The notes: generated from the sequence alone by a model not told the origin. A stretch of DNA of 64,000 nucleotides from an uncultured Planctomycetia bacterium (GCA_964483625.1 CAZABB010000006.1:2129-66128); one strand, 5' to 3'; counted from the first letter of the stretch, positions 19,137 to 28,490 are shown. Numbers and translations are program-made.

Positions 19137-20146
19137 CCCTTCATCAGTGCTTGTATCTCGGTTAATTCTTGTCTTTGCCTGCGGTATTCTTCTTCGGTTA
19201 TCCTGCCGTTACGGAATTCGTTGAATAGCTGGATGTATTGCCCTGCAAATATTCCGTTTGTGTCTGCTGGGTGCTGATTGGGTGGAGTCCGGGTGCATGG
19301 ATTATCCCCATTCTCTTGGTGCGTTGGCCGTGCCTCGGCGTATGGGTCTATGTGATCCATTGCCGAAGTCAGGTTCTTCTTGCCAAGCTGTGTATATGTC
19401 CTCGCCGTCAGCTCGACTTTCTCGTGCCTCATCAGCCTTCTTGCGGTCTCGAGATGTGTGCCCGAATTGATGAGCATTGAGCAGAAGAATTTTCTGAAGC
19501 TGTGGAAGCCGTATTTCTTTGCCTTGTAGCCGTTCTCTTTGATGTATAGGGTCTCAAGAAGTCCCGATTTTTGGGTGGCCTTCTCGAGCTCCTTTGACAG
19601 CGTGGTTACTGCTATCGGTTTCTCCGCCGTCTGGTGCGAGGGCAGGAGATACTTGCTGTCTCTCGTGTAGTGTGTCCATTTCTTCAGGAGCGGTATCAGG
19701 GACTTCGGGAAATACACGTCCTGGGGCACTCCTTTCTTCGTGACTATTAGCCTTATCCTGCATTCGTCGAAGTCTATGTTTTCTTTGAGGATTTCGCTTG
19801 TCTCTTCCCGACGGGTTCCCGTCACGCATGATACAAGGCTTGCCATCATGCAGTTGAGGTTATCCATGTGCCTGAACAGAGGGGGGAGGTCTTTTGGTCT
19901 GAACGGCTCCTTGCCTCTGTTCTTCTGAATCCATCTTTTGGGTCTCGGGTTGATTAGGCAGCCTTTTTCCCTGAATGCCCTAATCAGGAATTTCTTTTGA
20001 CGCTGCGTGATTCCTCCCGTCAGTATCTGCTCGTAAAGTTCCTCCGCTGTCAGATTGACCGTTTTCTGTATGTCCTTTTTCCCGTGTTGCTCGGGCTGTT
20101 TATTTGTTTGTTTATTTGGCTGTTTATCGGTTTGCATATTCGCCAC
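19133..20146 (-). CDS. Tyrosine recombinase/integrase
   Basis: GTRREE (R), HSFRK (HxxR), LMRH, RTY (Y). Confidence 0.9.
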   Translation of the reverse strand: MANMQTDKQPNKQTNKQPEQHGKKDIQKTVNLTAEELYEQILTGGITQRQKKFLIRAFREKGCLINPRPKRWIQKNRGKEPFRPKDLPPLFRHMDNLNCMMASLVSCVTGTRREETSEILKENIDFDECRIRLIVTKKGVPQDVYFPKSLIPLLKKWTHYTRDSKYLLPSHQTAEKPIAVTTLSKELEKATQKSGLLETLYIKENGYKAKKYGFHSFRKFFCSMLINSGTHLETARRLMRHEKVELTARTYTQLGKKNLTSAMDHIDPYAEARPTHQENGDNPCTRTPPNQHPADTNGIFAGQYIQLFNEFRNGRITEEEYRRQRQELTEIQALMKG

Positions 20147-20534
20147 CTCTCAGGAAATCGTTCTGTGCGATTTTCTCTACATAGCCGATTATCTCGGCCC
20201 GAAGCTCCTCGGCCATGACCTCGTTCGGCCTGTTGCGTTGCAGATTCTCAGAAAAAGCCTCAGTCATGGACAGCCTTTTCTCCTGGATTTCCTGCTGAAG
20301 ATACAGGGGGAGATTAAGGACTCTATACCATGTATGGGCTGTGCTTGGCTTGATGTTGTGCCTTAGAAGCAGGGAGTTGATAATCTGCTCCTTCTCGCTC
20401 ATCTCCGATATTTTCTCTCGTCTCATCCTCGCAATCCGTTTCAGGTGATATCTTATTTCTTCCCGGGTTATTTTCGGATACATTGCCTGGACGATTTCCT
20501 TCACGTATCTTATCCGTTCAAATACGTCTATCAT
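20124..20534 (-). CDS. Hypothetical helical DNA-binding-like protein coupled to the integrase
   Basis: Overlaps integrase start; ParB-C-like 'VLNLP..LQQEIQEKRLSMTEA'. Confidence 0.65.
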   Translation of the reverse strand: MIDVFERIRYVKEIVQAMYPKITREEIRYHLKRIARMRREKISEMSEKEQIINSLLLRHNIKPSTAHTWYRVLNLPLYLQQEIQEKRLSMTEAFSENLQRNRPNEVMAEELRAEIIGYVEKIAQNDFLRGGEYANR

Positions 20535-20808
20535 GGTTACAACCTCGCTTTACTTTACTCATAGAATTCGATAGCCATTCTTAAAATTTGTAAAGTAAAT
20601 GTAAAGCAAGCCCGTTTAACACCAGAAACAGTCAAATAAGAGCCATACTACAGCGGCATTTATGTATTGGATATGTTTTTGCTGTTTCTGCCGTTTTAAG
20701 CCTTGTATTGGCTGTTTTGGGGCTTTTCGGCAATCGTTTCTATGGTGTATTTTAGAAGTTTGGATAGGTTTTTAAGTCTTTCTTTTCATTCATGTATTGG
20801 ATAGGGTT

Positions 20809-21216
20809 TTACCCTGTCGGATTGAGAATTTTCTCCGCCTTTTCGAGAAGCTTTGTGATCTCTTTTTTGAGAGACACCATCCTTCCGCATATCTTCTCCT
20901 GAATTTCGCCTGTCCGCCTTAGATTGCTTATCTGGTCGTTCATGGCCTGCTGGGTTGCCTTGATGATGTTGGTCTGGATTGAGATATTGTTGAGGTTTCG
21001 GGCGTAATCCTCTTTGTCCTGCGGTCTTATTTTCTTGTGCTCCTCGAGATAGTAGTTGAGGCGGTCGAGATTCTTTTCTATCAGCTCAGCATAATACTTT
21101 GTGCGGTATAGGTCTGTTACTGTTGCGTTCTGGGCTTTTGCGAACGAGTCGATGTTTCGCTTCTGTTCCTCGATTCCGTTCGACATCTTTTTCAGGAGAG
21201 CCTTTATGTCCGGCAT
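20809..21216 (-). CDS. Coiled-coil hypothetical protein
   Basis: ORF track; start taken at MPDIK. Confidence 0.55.
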   Translation of the reverse strand: MPDIKALLKKMSNGIEEQKRNIDSFAKAQNATVTDLYRTKYYAELIEKNLDRLNYYLEEHKKIRPQDKEDYARNLNNISIQTNIIKATQQAMNDQISNLRRTGEIQEKICGRMVSLKKEITKLLEKAEKILNPTG

Positions 21217-21351
21217 GGGAAAAATAAAAGAAAAAGGAGATAAAAACATTTCACTCAAATATTGCTTCTATTTCGAGTAGTCTTTGAGTGTCTTTTTTAT
21301 TGTTTTAGTCTTTTTTGGGGGTATAATTTAGGTTGTTGAAAGGGAATCATT

Positions 21352-21921
21352 ATGTATAAAAAAATCTTGTTTCTTGGCAAGAAAACATACAAAAAAGACT
21401 ATTCTAAGGCAATTGTTTTAAAAGCAATTAAAGACAAATATTCTTCTATCACAGAACTGCCTGACTCCAAGGCGGCTTACGAGAAGTGCAAAGTATCTCA
21501 CTTTGACATAATCATAGTTGATATGAAGATGCCTGGCCAGGAAGAAAAGCAATGGCTGGAAAAGATTCGCCTTGAGCATGAGGATATTCCGATAGTCATG
21601 GTTGAAGAATTCTCAGGGCAAGCCAAGTTTGTTGCAAAAGAAGCATTTGTCGAATTAGCTTTTTCCGGAGCTGATACCGAAAAGAATAAAAAGAAGGATA
21701 ACAATAATAGAGATATGGATAAGGAATTAGAGGCTATGTTGGAGAAAATACCTATTGAGCAGAGGCAGGAAGCTGAACAGCAGATTAGAAGCATGTATGA
21801 AGAACTTTATAAAATTCGTGAAATAGGTGACAGAATCCACAGTATTTATGAGCATACTCATGCTCAGGTAGAGGCTACTATGGAGAAAGCGAAGGAATAC
21901 GGTTATGTCCCAAGGCCCTAA
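21352..21921 (+). CDS. Receiver-like domain plus helical tail
   Basis: FDIIIVDMKMPG, DIPIVMV. Confidence 0.65.
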   Translation: MYKKILFLGKKTYKKDYSKAIVLKAIKDKYSSITELPDSKAAYEKCKVSHFDIIIVDMKMPGQEEKQWLEKIRLEHEDIPIVMVEEFSGQAKFVAKEAFVELAFSGADTEKNKKKDNNNRDMDKELEAMLEKIPIEQRQEAEQQIRSMYEELYKIREIGDRIHSIYEHTHAQVEATMEKAKEYGYVPRP

Positions 21922-22258
21922 AATCCCATTAACTTCTTATGGTTTTTTTACAGATGCTTTTTTAAAACCTGTTAGGGAGAGTCTCATTCGTATTGAGGCA
22001 GATTTTGAGCATCAGGCAAAAGATATTTCCAGGATAGACAATTTATGCAATGATATGATGAAAGACATAAGCACTTTGAAAGCTGATGTTGAAGGGTTAA
22101 AATCTGAGTGTAAACATGCAAAAGAGGATGTTCTTCAAAAGCTTATTATTATGATTCAGAACCGTAAGATTAGTTTGCAGGATAATCAGATAAAAGATTT
22201 AATTGCACATTTCTCTGCATTGCTCTCCGATAAGCAGGACAATCCAGATAAAAAATAA
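21905..22258 (+). CDS. Coiled-coil hypothetical protein
   Basis: ORF overlapping the previous gene. Confidence 0.55.
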   Translation: MSQGPKIPLTSYGFFTDAFLKPVRESLIRIEADFEHQAKDISRIDNLCNDMMKDISTLKADVEGLKSECKHAKEDVLQKLIIMIQNRKISLQDNQIKDLIAHFSALLSDKQDNPDKK

Positions 22259-22277
22259 ATAAAAAGTTATCACTCAT

Positions 22278-22460
22278 TTATTGCTTTTGCTGTGAGTAAT
22301 CTTTGAGTGTCTTTTTGTAGGCTATGCCGTCGAGTGCGTCGTAATAGTCGCTTCTGTAGTTCTCTATGAAGTGTCCAAGAAGGTCTTTGATCTCTTTGAC
22401 GTCATTCGAGATTTTAAGCACTGCCTGCCTGCATCGTTCCTCAAGCGAGTCCTGCGTCAT
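22278..22460 (-). CDS. Small hypothetical protein
   Basis: GAGG RBS; overlaps upstream ORF. Confidence 0.5.
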   Translation of the reverse strand: MTQDSLEERCRQAVLKISNDVKEIKDLLGHFIENYRSDYYDALDGIAYKKTLKDYSQQKQ

Positions 22461-22680
22461 CTTGAATCCTCCTCAGAGGTTTAAGATTAGAAAATCCGCC
22501 TTTTGGATTTTCTTTATCTGAGCCACCTTTTTGAAGAATTGCCTGCAAGTAGTTGGCGTGAACAAAGTCTGTCCTTATGGTCTCTATGATGAGCCAGCTT
22601 CCGTCTTTGCTTGCCCGAATCTTCTTTCTGAAGACAGGCTGCTTCTCCTCGAATTCCTGCTTCTGTTTTTCTTTTGCCAT
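22441..22680 (-). CDS. Small hypothetical protein
   Basis: GGAGG RBS; RASKDGSWLIIETIRTD. Confidence 0.6.
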   Translation of the reverse strand: MAKEKQKQEFEEKQPVFRKKIRASKDGSWLIIETIRTDFVHANYLQAILQKGGSDKENPKGGFSNLKPLRRIQDDAGLA

Positions 22681-22753
22681 TTTATTCCTCCACTATCACC
22701 CTTACTCAGACGTAGTGATGGACACCCTTAAATGGCTTTCACCCGATATTTAC

Positions 22754-22915
22754 TTACGGGAAAAGTAAATGTCTGTGGCTTTTTGGAACACTGCAAACAA
22801 TGATTATCTTTTTCTCGCCCTCAAGAAAGAGAATTTTGTCTTTATCTGCCAGCCTCAGAGTCCTTTTTACTTCTGGGATGGTTGTTTTATACGTGATTGT
22901 TTCCGGTTTATCCAT
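22754..22915 (-). CDS. Degenerate AbrB/MazE-like small protein
   Basis: Hand translation: TTIPEVKRTLRLADKDKILFLEGEKKIII. Confidence 0.35.
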   Translation of the reverse strand: MDKPETITYKTTIPEVKRTLRLADKDKILFLEGEKKIIIVCSVPKSHRHLLFP

Positions 22916-22980
22916 TCTTAAAGCTCTGTTATTGTTCTGTTATTTACTTTATATAAATGTTTTCATTAAATCAGCTAATC

Positions 22981-23232
22981 ATGGACGCTGACGAATTGCT
23001 CGGTTACGTGCTTTCAAGCAAGAGAAGGAAGCAGGTTTTAAAAGAGCTGCGGAAGGGCCCGAAGAGGCCGATGGAGCTGTGCAAAAAGCTGAAGCTCGAC
23101 ACAGGCAACACGGCGAGACTTCTCTTCCAGCTCGAAAAGAACGGGCTCATTAAGTGCATCACGCCCGACAAGAAAAGCTGGCGGGTCTACAAGATAACAG
23201 ACACGGGAGAAAAGATACTGAAGAGTCTGTGA
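22981..23232 (+). CDS. Archaeal-type winged-helix regulator
   Basis: LGYVLSSKRRKQVL..L...PKRPMEL...GLIKCITP...RVYKITDTG. Confidence 0.8.
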   Translation: MDADELLGYVLSSKRRKQVLKELRKGPKRPMELCKKLKLDTGNTARLLFQLEKNGLIKCITPDKKSWRVYKITDTGEKILKSL

Positions 23233-23272
23233 TCCTTGCAGGAAATTCTTGATTAGAAAAGATGAGGGGGCA

Positions 23273-23473
23273 TTACTGCCGCCCTCTCTGGAATTGACAG
23301 CCTTCGCATCTTGAAGGGTCTTTGCATGCCTGGCAGACCTTTGTTGCGTCTATGTGCTTCGTTAGTTCTGCAAAGCACCACTCCATCGCATAAGTCATTG
23401 GTTTGCCGAGCATCCACGCAATCCTTCTCAGTGTTGAGCTGTCGTCGTTGCTTAGTTCGGGTGTGTAGGCCAT
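23273..23473 (-). CDS. Small RHH-like/Cys-rich protein
   Basis: AAGGAG RBS; YTPELS....LRRIAW..GKPMT, C..CKD...C..C. Confidence 0.65.
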   Translation of the reverse strand: MAYTPELSNDDSSTLRRIAWMLGKPMTYAMEWCFAELTKHIDATKVCQACKDPSRCEGCQFQRGRQ

Positions 23474-23625
23474 TGCTTCTCCTTTCTCATTTGTGACAGA
23501 AGGCGTTTTCCTTTCCTGCTGTCGAAGGCCACGAATTCGAGACACTTGTCGGGAATTGCTTTTCTGAATTCCCTGAGCCTGTCATCGACGGTGTAGCCTC
23601 TGAACGTCGGTAGCTGTATAGCCAT
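23452..23625 (-). CDS. 57-aa hypothetical protein
   Basis: Hand translation MAIQLPTFRGYTVDDRLREFRK...; AAGGGG RBS. Confidence 0.55.
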   Translation of the reverse strand: MAIQLPTFRGYTVDDRLREFRKAIPDKCLEFVAFDSRKGKRLLSQMRKEKQWPTHPN

Positions 23626-23837
23626 CGTTTACCCCCTTTCTGTTATGTGAGTATAAGACGGGCAGTTTTTTCCGTCATGCCCTGGACGTTTCCCCTTACC
23701 CCTGATAGTGGTAGTAGTGGTGGTGTTTTTGGCTTTTCCCCGCTGTTGTCCTCAATCCTTTAACAGAATGAGTTAGATAGGTTTTTCACCTTCATAGGGG
23801 CCGGTTTAAAGGTTGTCCGGCAACTTCTCTGTGTGTT

Positions 23838-24164
23838 TTACCAGCATTGTGCTTCGGCAATGAGAGATACGTCTTTGGCTGGCTTTGGCTCCCAGTATAG
23901 GTCTCTGTCGACCTCAAGAAACTTGACCCGCAGGTCTGAAAGTTCTTTGAGGCTGAAGTTTCCCCATTCGGCCATTTCGAGGTCGCCGTTGAGCACAGCA
24001 AACCCGAAGAATATCTCGTCTTCGAGGCAATACTCGCAGGCATACCAGTCGCATCCGCCGATGAAAAAGTGCATATAGATCACTTTCTCCTTCAGGGGAG
24101 TGCTTTCGCCTGAATACATTCGCGGGAGCTTTGCAAGTTCTTCCGCTGTGGGCTTATTCCACAT
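23838..24164 (-). CDS. DUF2958-family protein
   Basis: HFF.G..DWY..E, FFG, AEWG.FSL.EL, EVDRDLYW; AAGGAG RBS. Confidence 0.75.
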   Translation of the reverse strand: MWNKPTAEELAKLPRMYSGESTPLKEKVIYMHFFIGGCDWYACEYCLEDEIFFGFAVLNGDLEMAEWGNFSLKELSDLRVKFLEVDRDLYWEPKPAKDVSLIAEAQCW

Positions 24165-24466
24165 AGGTTTTCTCCTTTCTCCGGGACACTTACCCAGATT
24201 TCTCCGTCAAGGTCTACCCAGTCCAGCACTTCCTCAGTGCCATTCATCTGGTCTTTGCGAATCCACACAATTCACCTCCTTTCGTAGCTTTGCGTTTCTG
24301 CACAAAATTGTTTTGATTAAGGAGTGAATACGGGTGAGGTAGAAAAAGATTTCACTCAAGAATTACTCATGGAAAGAGAATGATTGAAGAGGTTTGCACT
24401 CAGGAAGCACTTTTTGTTTAAGAGTATTCGTAGTCTGGGATATCTTTCTGAGGAGAAAATGAGGGA

Positions 24467-24940
24467 TTAATTTTTTGTCGGAATTAGTTTTTGAGAAATG
24501 GTTTTGATTGAGCATTGCTTGTTCTTGTTGTCCCAAATAGCGCAGAATTCTTTTATGCATGGGGCGTGTTGCCAGACGTATGTTCCTCCGCCGTAACCGC
24601 CGATATGAGTTTCTTGGCCTATTGATATTTGTGTGAATGGACACATTTCGCCTTTTAGGTATGTGGGGGCGAGTTCTTCCTGACTGAGGGTTTTGTCTTC
24701 TCTGTGTTTTTCTTCTTCTTTGAGTATTGCCAGAATGGAGTTTTTGTTTTCTTTACAGAATTCGTCCATGCTTTTTTTGCCATCCTTTGGCAGGGTGAAG
24801 GACTTTCCGTTAATGAAGCGAAATATATATTTGCCTTTTTTGTATTGTAGGGTGTGATGAAGCAGTCCACATTTTGTGCATATTCCTGTTAGTGGGATTG
24901 TTTTTTCCCCGCAGAGTATACAGGGTTTTCCTATATTCAT
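24467..24940 (-). CDS. Cys-rich (Zn-binding) hypothetical protein
   Basis: CxxC...CxxC, CPF...C....CAIW....C. Confidence 0.6.
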   Translation of the reverse strand: MNIGKPCILCGEKTIPLTGICTKCGLLHHTLQYKKGKYIFRFINGKSFTLPKDGKKSMDEFCKENKNSILAILKEEEKHREDKTLSQEELAPTYLKGEMCPFTQISIGQETHIGGYGGGTYVWQHAPCIKEFCAIWDNKNKQCSIKTISQKLIPTKN

Positions 24941-25038
24941 TTTTTCCCTCAGGTCATTTTAGGCTTTTTGCATGGTTGCGTTTTTAAAATATAAATAACT
25001 ATCGTTATTTATGGGTATCCCCACAGTTTTAAGAATGT

Positions 25039-25392
25039 TCATGAAGCTTTGAAGTATATCGTCGGGCAGAGGTATTTTGTTCCTTGCTGGTTGTTTCTGT
25101 GATTGTATTTTTCTTTCCTGAGCAGGATTATGGGTGCTCGTATCAGAATTTGGGGTTTTCCGTCCTTGTCATCTTTTTCTGCTTTCTTCGCTCCCCATAG
25201 TCTTATCGCTGTGCTTGTTGTCGAAAGAGTGCTTTGCCTTATGTCTTTTGCGAGCCTGCTTATCGGTGTCCATTGGACATATTTCGGGAGTGCCTTGATT
25301 ATCTTTATCGCTCTTGCTTCCTCTGAGCGTTCAAGGTGGAAGAAGCTTTCTTCATTGTGGAAGCTTACGAGCCTCAGTTTTTCTCTTGCCAT
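25039..25392 (-). CDS. Basic hypothetical protein (possible winged helix)
   Basis: Overlaps ATPase stop; TPISRLAKDI. Confidence 0.5.
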   Translation of the reverse strand: MAREKLRLVSFHNEESFFHLERSEEARAIKIIKALPKYVQWTPISRLAKDIRQSTLSTTSTAIRLWGAKKAEKDDKDGKPQILIRAPIILLRKEKYNHRNNQQGTKYLCPTIYFKAS

Positions 25393-26867
25393 TTTCCTGC
25401 TATCTCTTTGAGTTCTTCATCGCTGACTTTTCTTATCGGGAGCGGTTGCGGTGTCCTTATTAGGCAGTTCTTGGCTCTGCCTTTCACTTTTGCAACTGCC
25501 TGGGCGACCCATATGTAGTCGAGGTATCTTGTCTCGTGGGGTTTGAGGAACAGGGCGTTTGATACTGTCGAGATGTCCTTGTAGGTGTTGTTTGTGAAAT
25601 GGATTTGGGTCTTGCACTGGTAAGCGTAATTGGGAACAGAGCTTGGCTCCTGCAAAATCGAGCATAGCCCGAGGCCCATCTTGCGTCCCTCACGGTAAAG
25701 ATTCTGAAGGATTTCCCCAGCTATCTGTTGTTCGTGCTGGCTTGAGGGGAAGAGGTGCTGGGCTTCCTCGCATATCAGGAAGAGCCGGAGCTTTTCGGAC
25801 TCTCCTCTGCTGAGCATTTCGAGAAGAATATGCAGGAACAAGGCTTCCTGGAAGAGTATCCTCAGGCTGTTGGGGAGTTCTATGTCCATTTCGAGAATGG
25901 TTATTCCCGGCCTTTTCAGCATTTCTGAGACGTCCATCGGGTTTCGTGAGCCGAACAGCTCTTTGGTATTTGAGCGGAGAAGGCTGTTAAGCACTCGAAG
26001 GGCCGAGTCCTTCCAGAGAGCAGACCTGCCCCGCAGGAATTGCCTGTCCACACGCTTCTTGATGTCCTCGATGTTCGGGAGCAGACGGAGCTTTCCCTCC
26101 TCGTAGCCGTCGAGAAGGTTTTCCGCCTCGTTCAGAATGAGGCTTCCTGATCCCTGGCCTGACAGTAGGGATTTGGCGAGAGGTTTTTCCGCTATTATCT
26201 CAATCCAGCTCCTTCTCGATATCCCTTTCGGGCCCGAGAAGAAAAGGTTGTATCTGAACGGAGAGATGTCCCTGCCGATAGTGAAGACCCGCACTTCAAA
26301 AGGATATTTCTCAGGTGGTAGCGAGAGCAATGATTTCCACTGGCGGTTCCAGTCCACAATCCAGACAGGAATGCCCTTCTTTGCCATCTGGACAGCGATA
26401 TTGAAAGAAAGAAGCGTTTTTCCTGTTCCTGTAAGCCCCGAAACCATGATGTGCTGCATGGCATCCTCAAGAGAAATCCGTAGCGGATAAAGCTCTCTGT
26501 CCGTTCCGTCGGAATTCTTCCCGTAACAGACCGTTCCGAGTGTTATATCTCCCTGTCCGCACTCCCGCTCTGTCGAAGGGGGGAGCATCACTTGGTCATT
26601 GAGTAGCCTGTCCTTGAGGAGCTTGTTTGCCGATAGCCTGAGAATCTTATCAAGCCTTTCTTTCCGCTCATCATCGCCTATTGCGTGTATCAGCTTCAGT
26701 TTTTCAGCTTTATCCGAGCCCCACTCAGTCTCGAGCTTCAGAATCAATTCATTTGTGCTTTCTGCTGTGTCCATTTTTAACCCAGAATCTTCCTGTCCTG
26801 TTTTAGTTCCTGTCTTTTGTGCCACTCGTTTATGAAGTAGGTGATGGGTTCGTTGAGGTCTTTCCAT
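25374..26867 (-). CDS. HerA/VirB4-like (DUF87) P-loop ATPase
   Basis: QHIMVSGLTGTGKT, IVDWN, ICEEAQHLF, REGRKMG, Q.PS; real start may be the downstream MDTAES. Confidence 0.85.
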   Translation of the reverse strand: MERPQRTHHLLHKRVAQKTGTKTGQEDSGLKMDTAESTNELILKLETEWGSDKAEKLKLIHAIGDDERKERLDKILRLSANKLLKDRLLNDQVMLPPSTERECGQGDITLGTVCYGKNSDGTDRELYPLRISLEDAMQHIMVSGLTGTGKTLLSFNIAVQMAKKGIPVWIVDWNRQWKSLLSLPPEKYPFEVRVFTIGRDISPFRYNLFFSGPKGISRRSWIEIIAEKPLAKSLLSGQGSGSLILNEAENLLDGYEEGKLRLLPNIEDIKKRVDRQFLRGRSALWKDSALRVLNSLLRSNTKELFGSRNPMDVSEMLKRPGITILEMDIELPNSLRILFQEALFLHILLEMLSRGESEKLRLFLICEEAQHLFPSSQHEQQIAGEILQNLYREGRKMGLGLCSILQEPSSVPNYAYQCKTQIHFTNNTYKDISTVSNALFLKPHETRYLDYIWVAQAVAKVKGRAKNCLIRTPQPLPIRKVSDEELKEIAGKWQEKN

Positions 26868-27241
26868 GTTTCATGCCTGTTTTCGAGCATCCGCATTTCC
26901 AGGCTGTTCTTTTCTTTTTCGAGCATGGATTTCCTTCTCTCGATGTTCATGTTGTAGCCTGTCCTGAAGCCTGAAAGCTCGCCGATCTGTCCAGATAGCT
27001 CGTTCCATTTTGATTCAAGAGCATAGGAAGAAGCCCGATAAAGTTTAAGCCTGTAAGCCACGGAAAGGGCGGTATTCACGACCTTATCGAGAAGCTTGCC
27101 GGAGTCCTGTTCAAGGATTTCCTCGATAGAAAAGCCTGAAGCAGGGCTTCTTTCGGGCTTGCAGGGCTTGCCAGATGAATAGAGATACTGCTGGAAGAAC
27201 GGCGTGTAATAAGCAACTGGTTTATAGTTATTGAAGTTCAT
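26777..27241 (-). CDS. Coiled-coil hypothetical protein
   Basis: ORF directly upstream of the ATPase. Confidence 0.6.
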   Translation of the reverse strand: MNFNNYKPVAYYTPFFQQYLYSSGKPCKPERSPASGFSIEEILEQDSGKLLDKVVNTALSVAYRLKLYRASSYALESKWNELSGQIGELSGFRTGYNMNIERRKSMLEKEKNSLEMRMLENRHETWKDLNEPITYFINEWHKRQELKQDRKILG

Positions 27242-27498
27242 AGTAATTGATTAGTGAGGACAAGATTGTTTTTAGATTTATCACCCAAAGATTATGTTTA
27301 GTTAGAGTAGCTTTTCCGTTTCGGCCAGAGCTTGCGCTCTTTTCCCCGAAACGGACTGGAAACGGAGGCAGTGCAAAAATATCCCCTTGGGGCCTGTCGG
27401 CATGAGGCATCAAGGTCATTTTCGCTCTTTTTTTCTCTGCTGGATACTTTCTGAACGGATTTTGTCGTGAAATTTTAAGAATTTTTGAATTTTTTTTG

Positions 27499-27546
27499 AT
27501 TTTGTCATATAATGCCCTTGACACTGACAAAATGATATGGTATATT
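27499..27546 (+). promoter_or_regulatory. Near-consensus sigma70 promoter with a 9-bp inverted repeat straddling the -35
   Basis: TTGACA (27518-23)-17-TATATT (27541-46), extended TG; ATTTTGTCA N17 TGACAAAAT. Confidence 0.7.
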
Positions 27547-27609
27547 TACTTTGAAAACGCTTTCCGGGCACTGACCACGGACTCGCTTAATGCGAGGCAG
27601 CTTTGTAAA

Positions 27610-27640
27610 GCTACTGTTCCTAAAGGACAGTGGCTTTTTT
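27610..27640 (+). terminator. Intrinsic terminator in 5' leader
   Basis: gctactgttcc-taaa-ggacagtggc + T6. Confidence 0.65.
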
Positions 27641-27663
27641 GCTATATGGGAAGAGAATGACGA

Positions 27664-28410
27664 GTGAAAATTCCTAAGAACAGGAAAATGATTAGTGTAG
27701 AGATTTTTGGGGGGGAGACTATTCTTGTCCCTGAGTATGATAATGTTCTTTTACCGGATGGCAGAAAACTGCGACTTTCAAAGATTACTCCATTTAACCA
27801 GCTTCTTTATCTTTGGAAGGATAAAAAGGGTAACCTTTTCATTCATAAAGCAGGCAGTTATGAAGAGGCATTGTATATTTCAGGCGAATCCCGCAGGTGC
27901 TTGTTTTGTAATAGTTCCGGATGCGTTCATCAGGGAATTGCGGCCTTTGGCTCTCGAGATATTTCGCCTTTATTCGGAAGCGGAGCTTATGAGACTGATG
28001 AAAGCCGTTATGTAACGATAGATATCTGGGATAAATATTTGATTTCTGCGCACCGCTGCCAAAGGTATGAAAAACATTTTATTTCGGTTTTTGAAGTCCG
28101 CTCGTTGCTTGAAGGATTAACGGAATGTCCTGCGTGCGGTTCAAAATATGGATTTGAGAATGTTCGCTTGGAAGAACATCGTGAAGAAATACAGACGGAT
28201 TTCCTTCTTTTCATCAAGCATGGATGTTATATGAGTGAAGATTTCCGTAGTAAGCATTATTCGGGACAAAATCTCGACGAGATGCTCGATTGGATGCTTA
28301 ATGGCTATCAGTGCAAAAATTGTAAATGGAAATTCGACAGGTCGTTTCAGACCAAATGGAAACCGATAGAAAAAGGGGGGAATTCGGGACATATGCAGGA
28401 GATATTTTGA
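27664..28410 (+). CDS. Hypothetical protein with several CxxC motifs
   Basis: CLFC....C.H, CPAC, CKNC. Confidence 0.65.
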   Translation: MKIPKNRKMISVEIFGGETILVPEYDNVLLPDGRKLRLSKITPFNQLLYLWKDKKGNLFIHKAGSYEEALYISGESRRCLFCNSSGCVHQGIAAFGSRDISPLFGSGAYETDESRYVTIDIWDKYLISAHRCQRYEKHFISVFEVRSLLEGLTECPACGSKYGFENVRLEEHREEIQTDFLLFIKHGCYMSEDFRSKHYSGQNLDEMLDWMLNGYQCKNCKWKFDRSFQTKWKPIEKGGNSGHMQEIF

Positions 28411-28490
28411 TGATATCGAGTAAAAAATCTTATTAGCTTAGATTTTAGGTAGCACGCACTACCAGCGATAATTTTATCGCGCCTTAACCA

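Noticed and set aside
16868-24392. Repeated sites as CRISPR repeats or classical integron attC
   Set aside because: Spacing is 1-4 kb, no cas genes, no RYYYAAC/GTTRRRY ends, and the integrase shows no evident IntI insertion.
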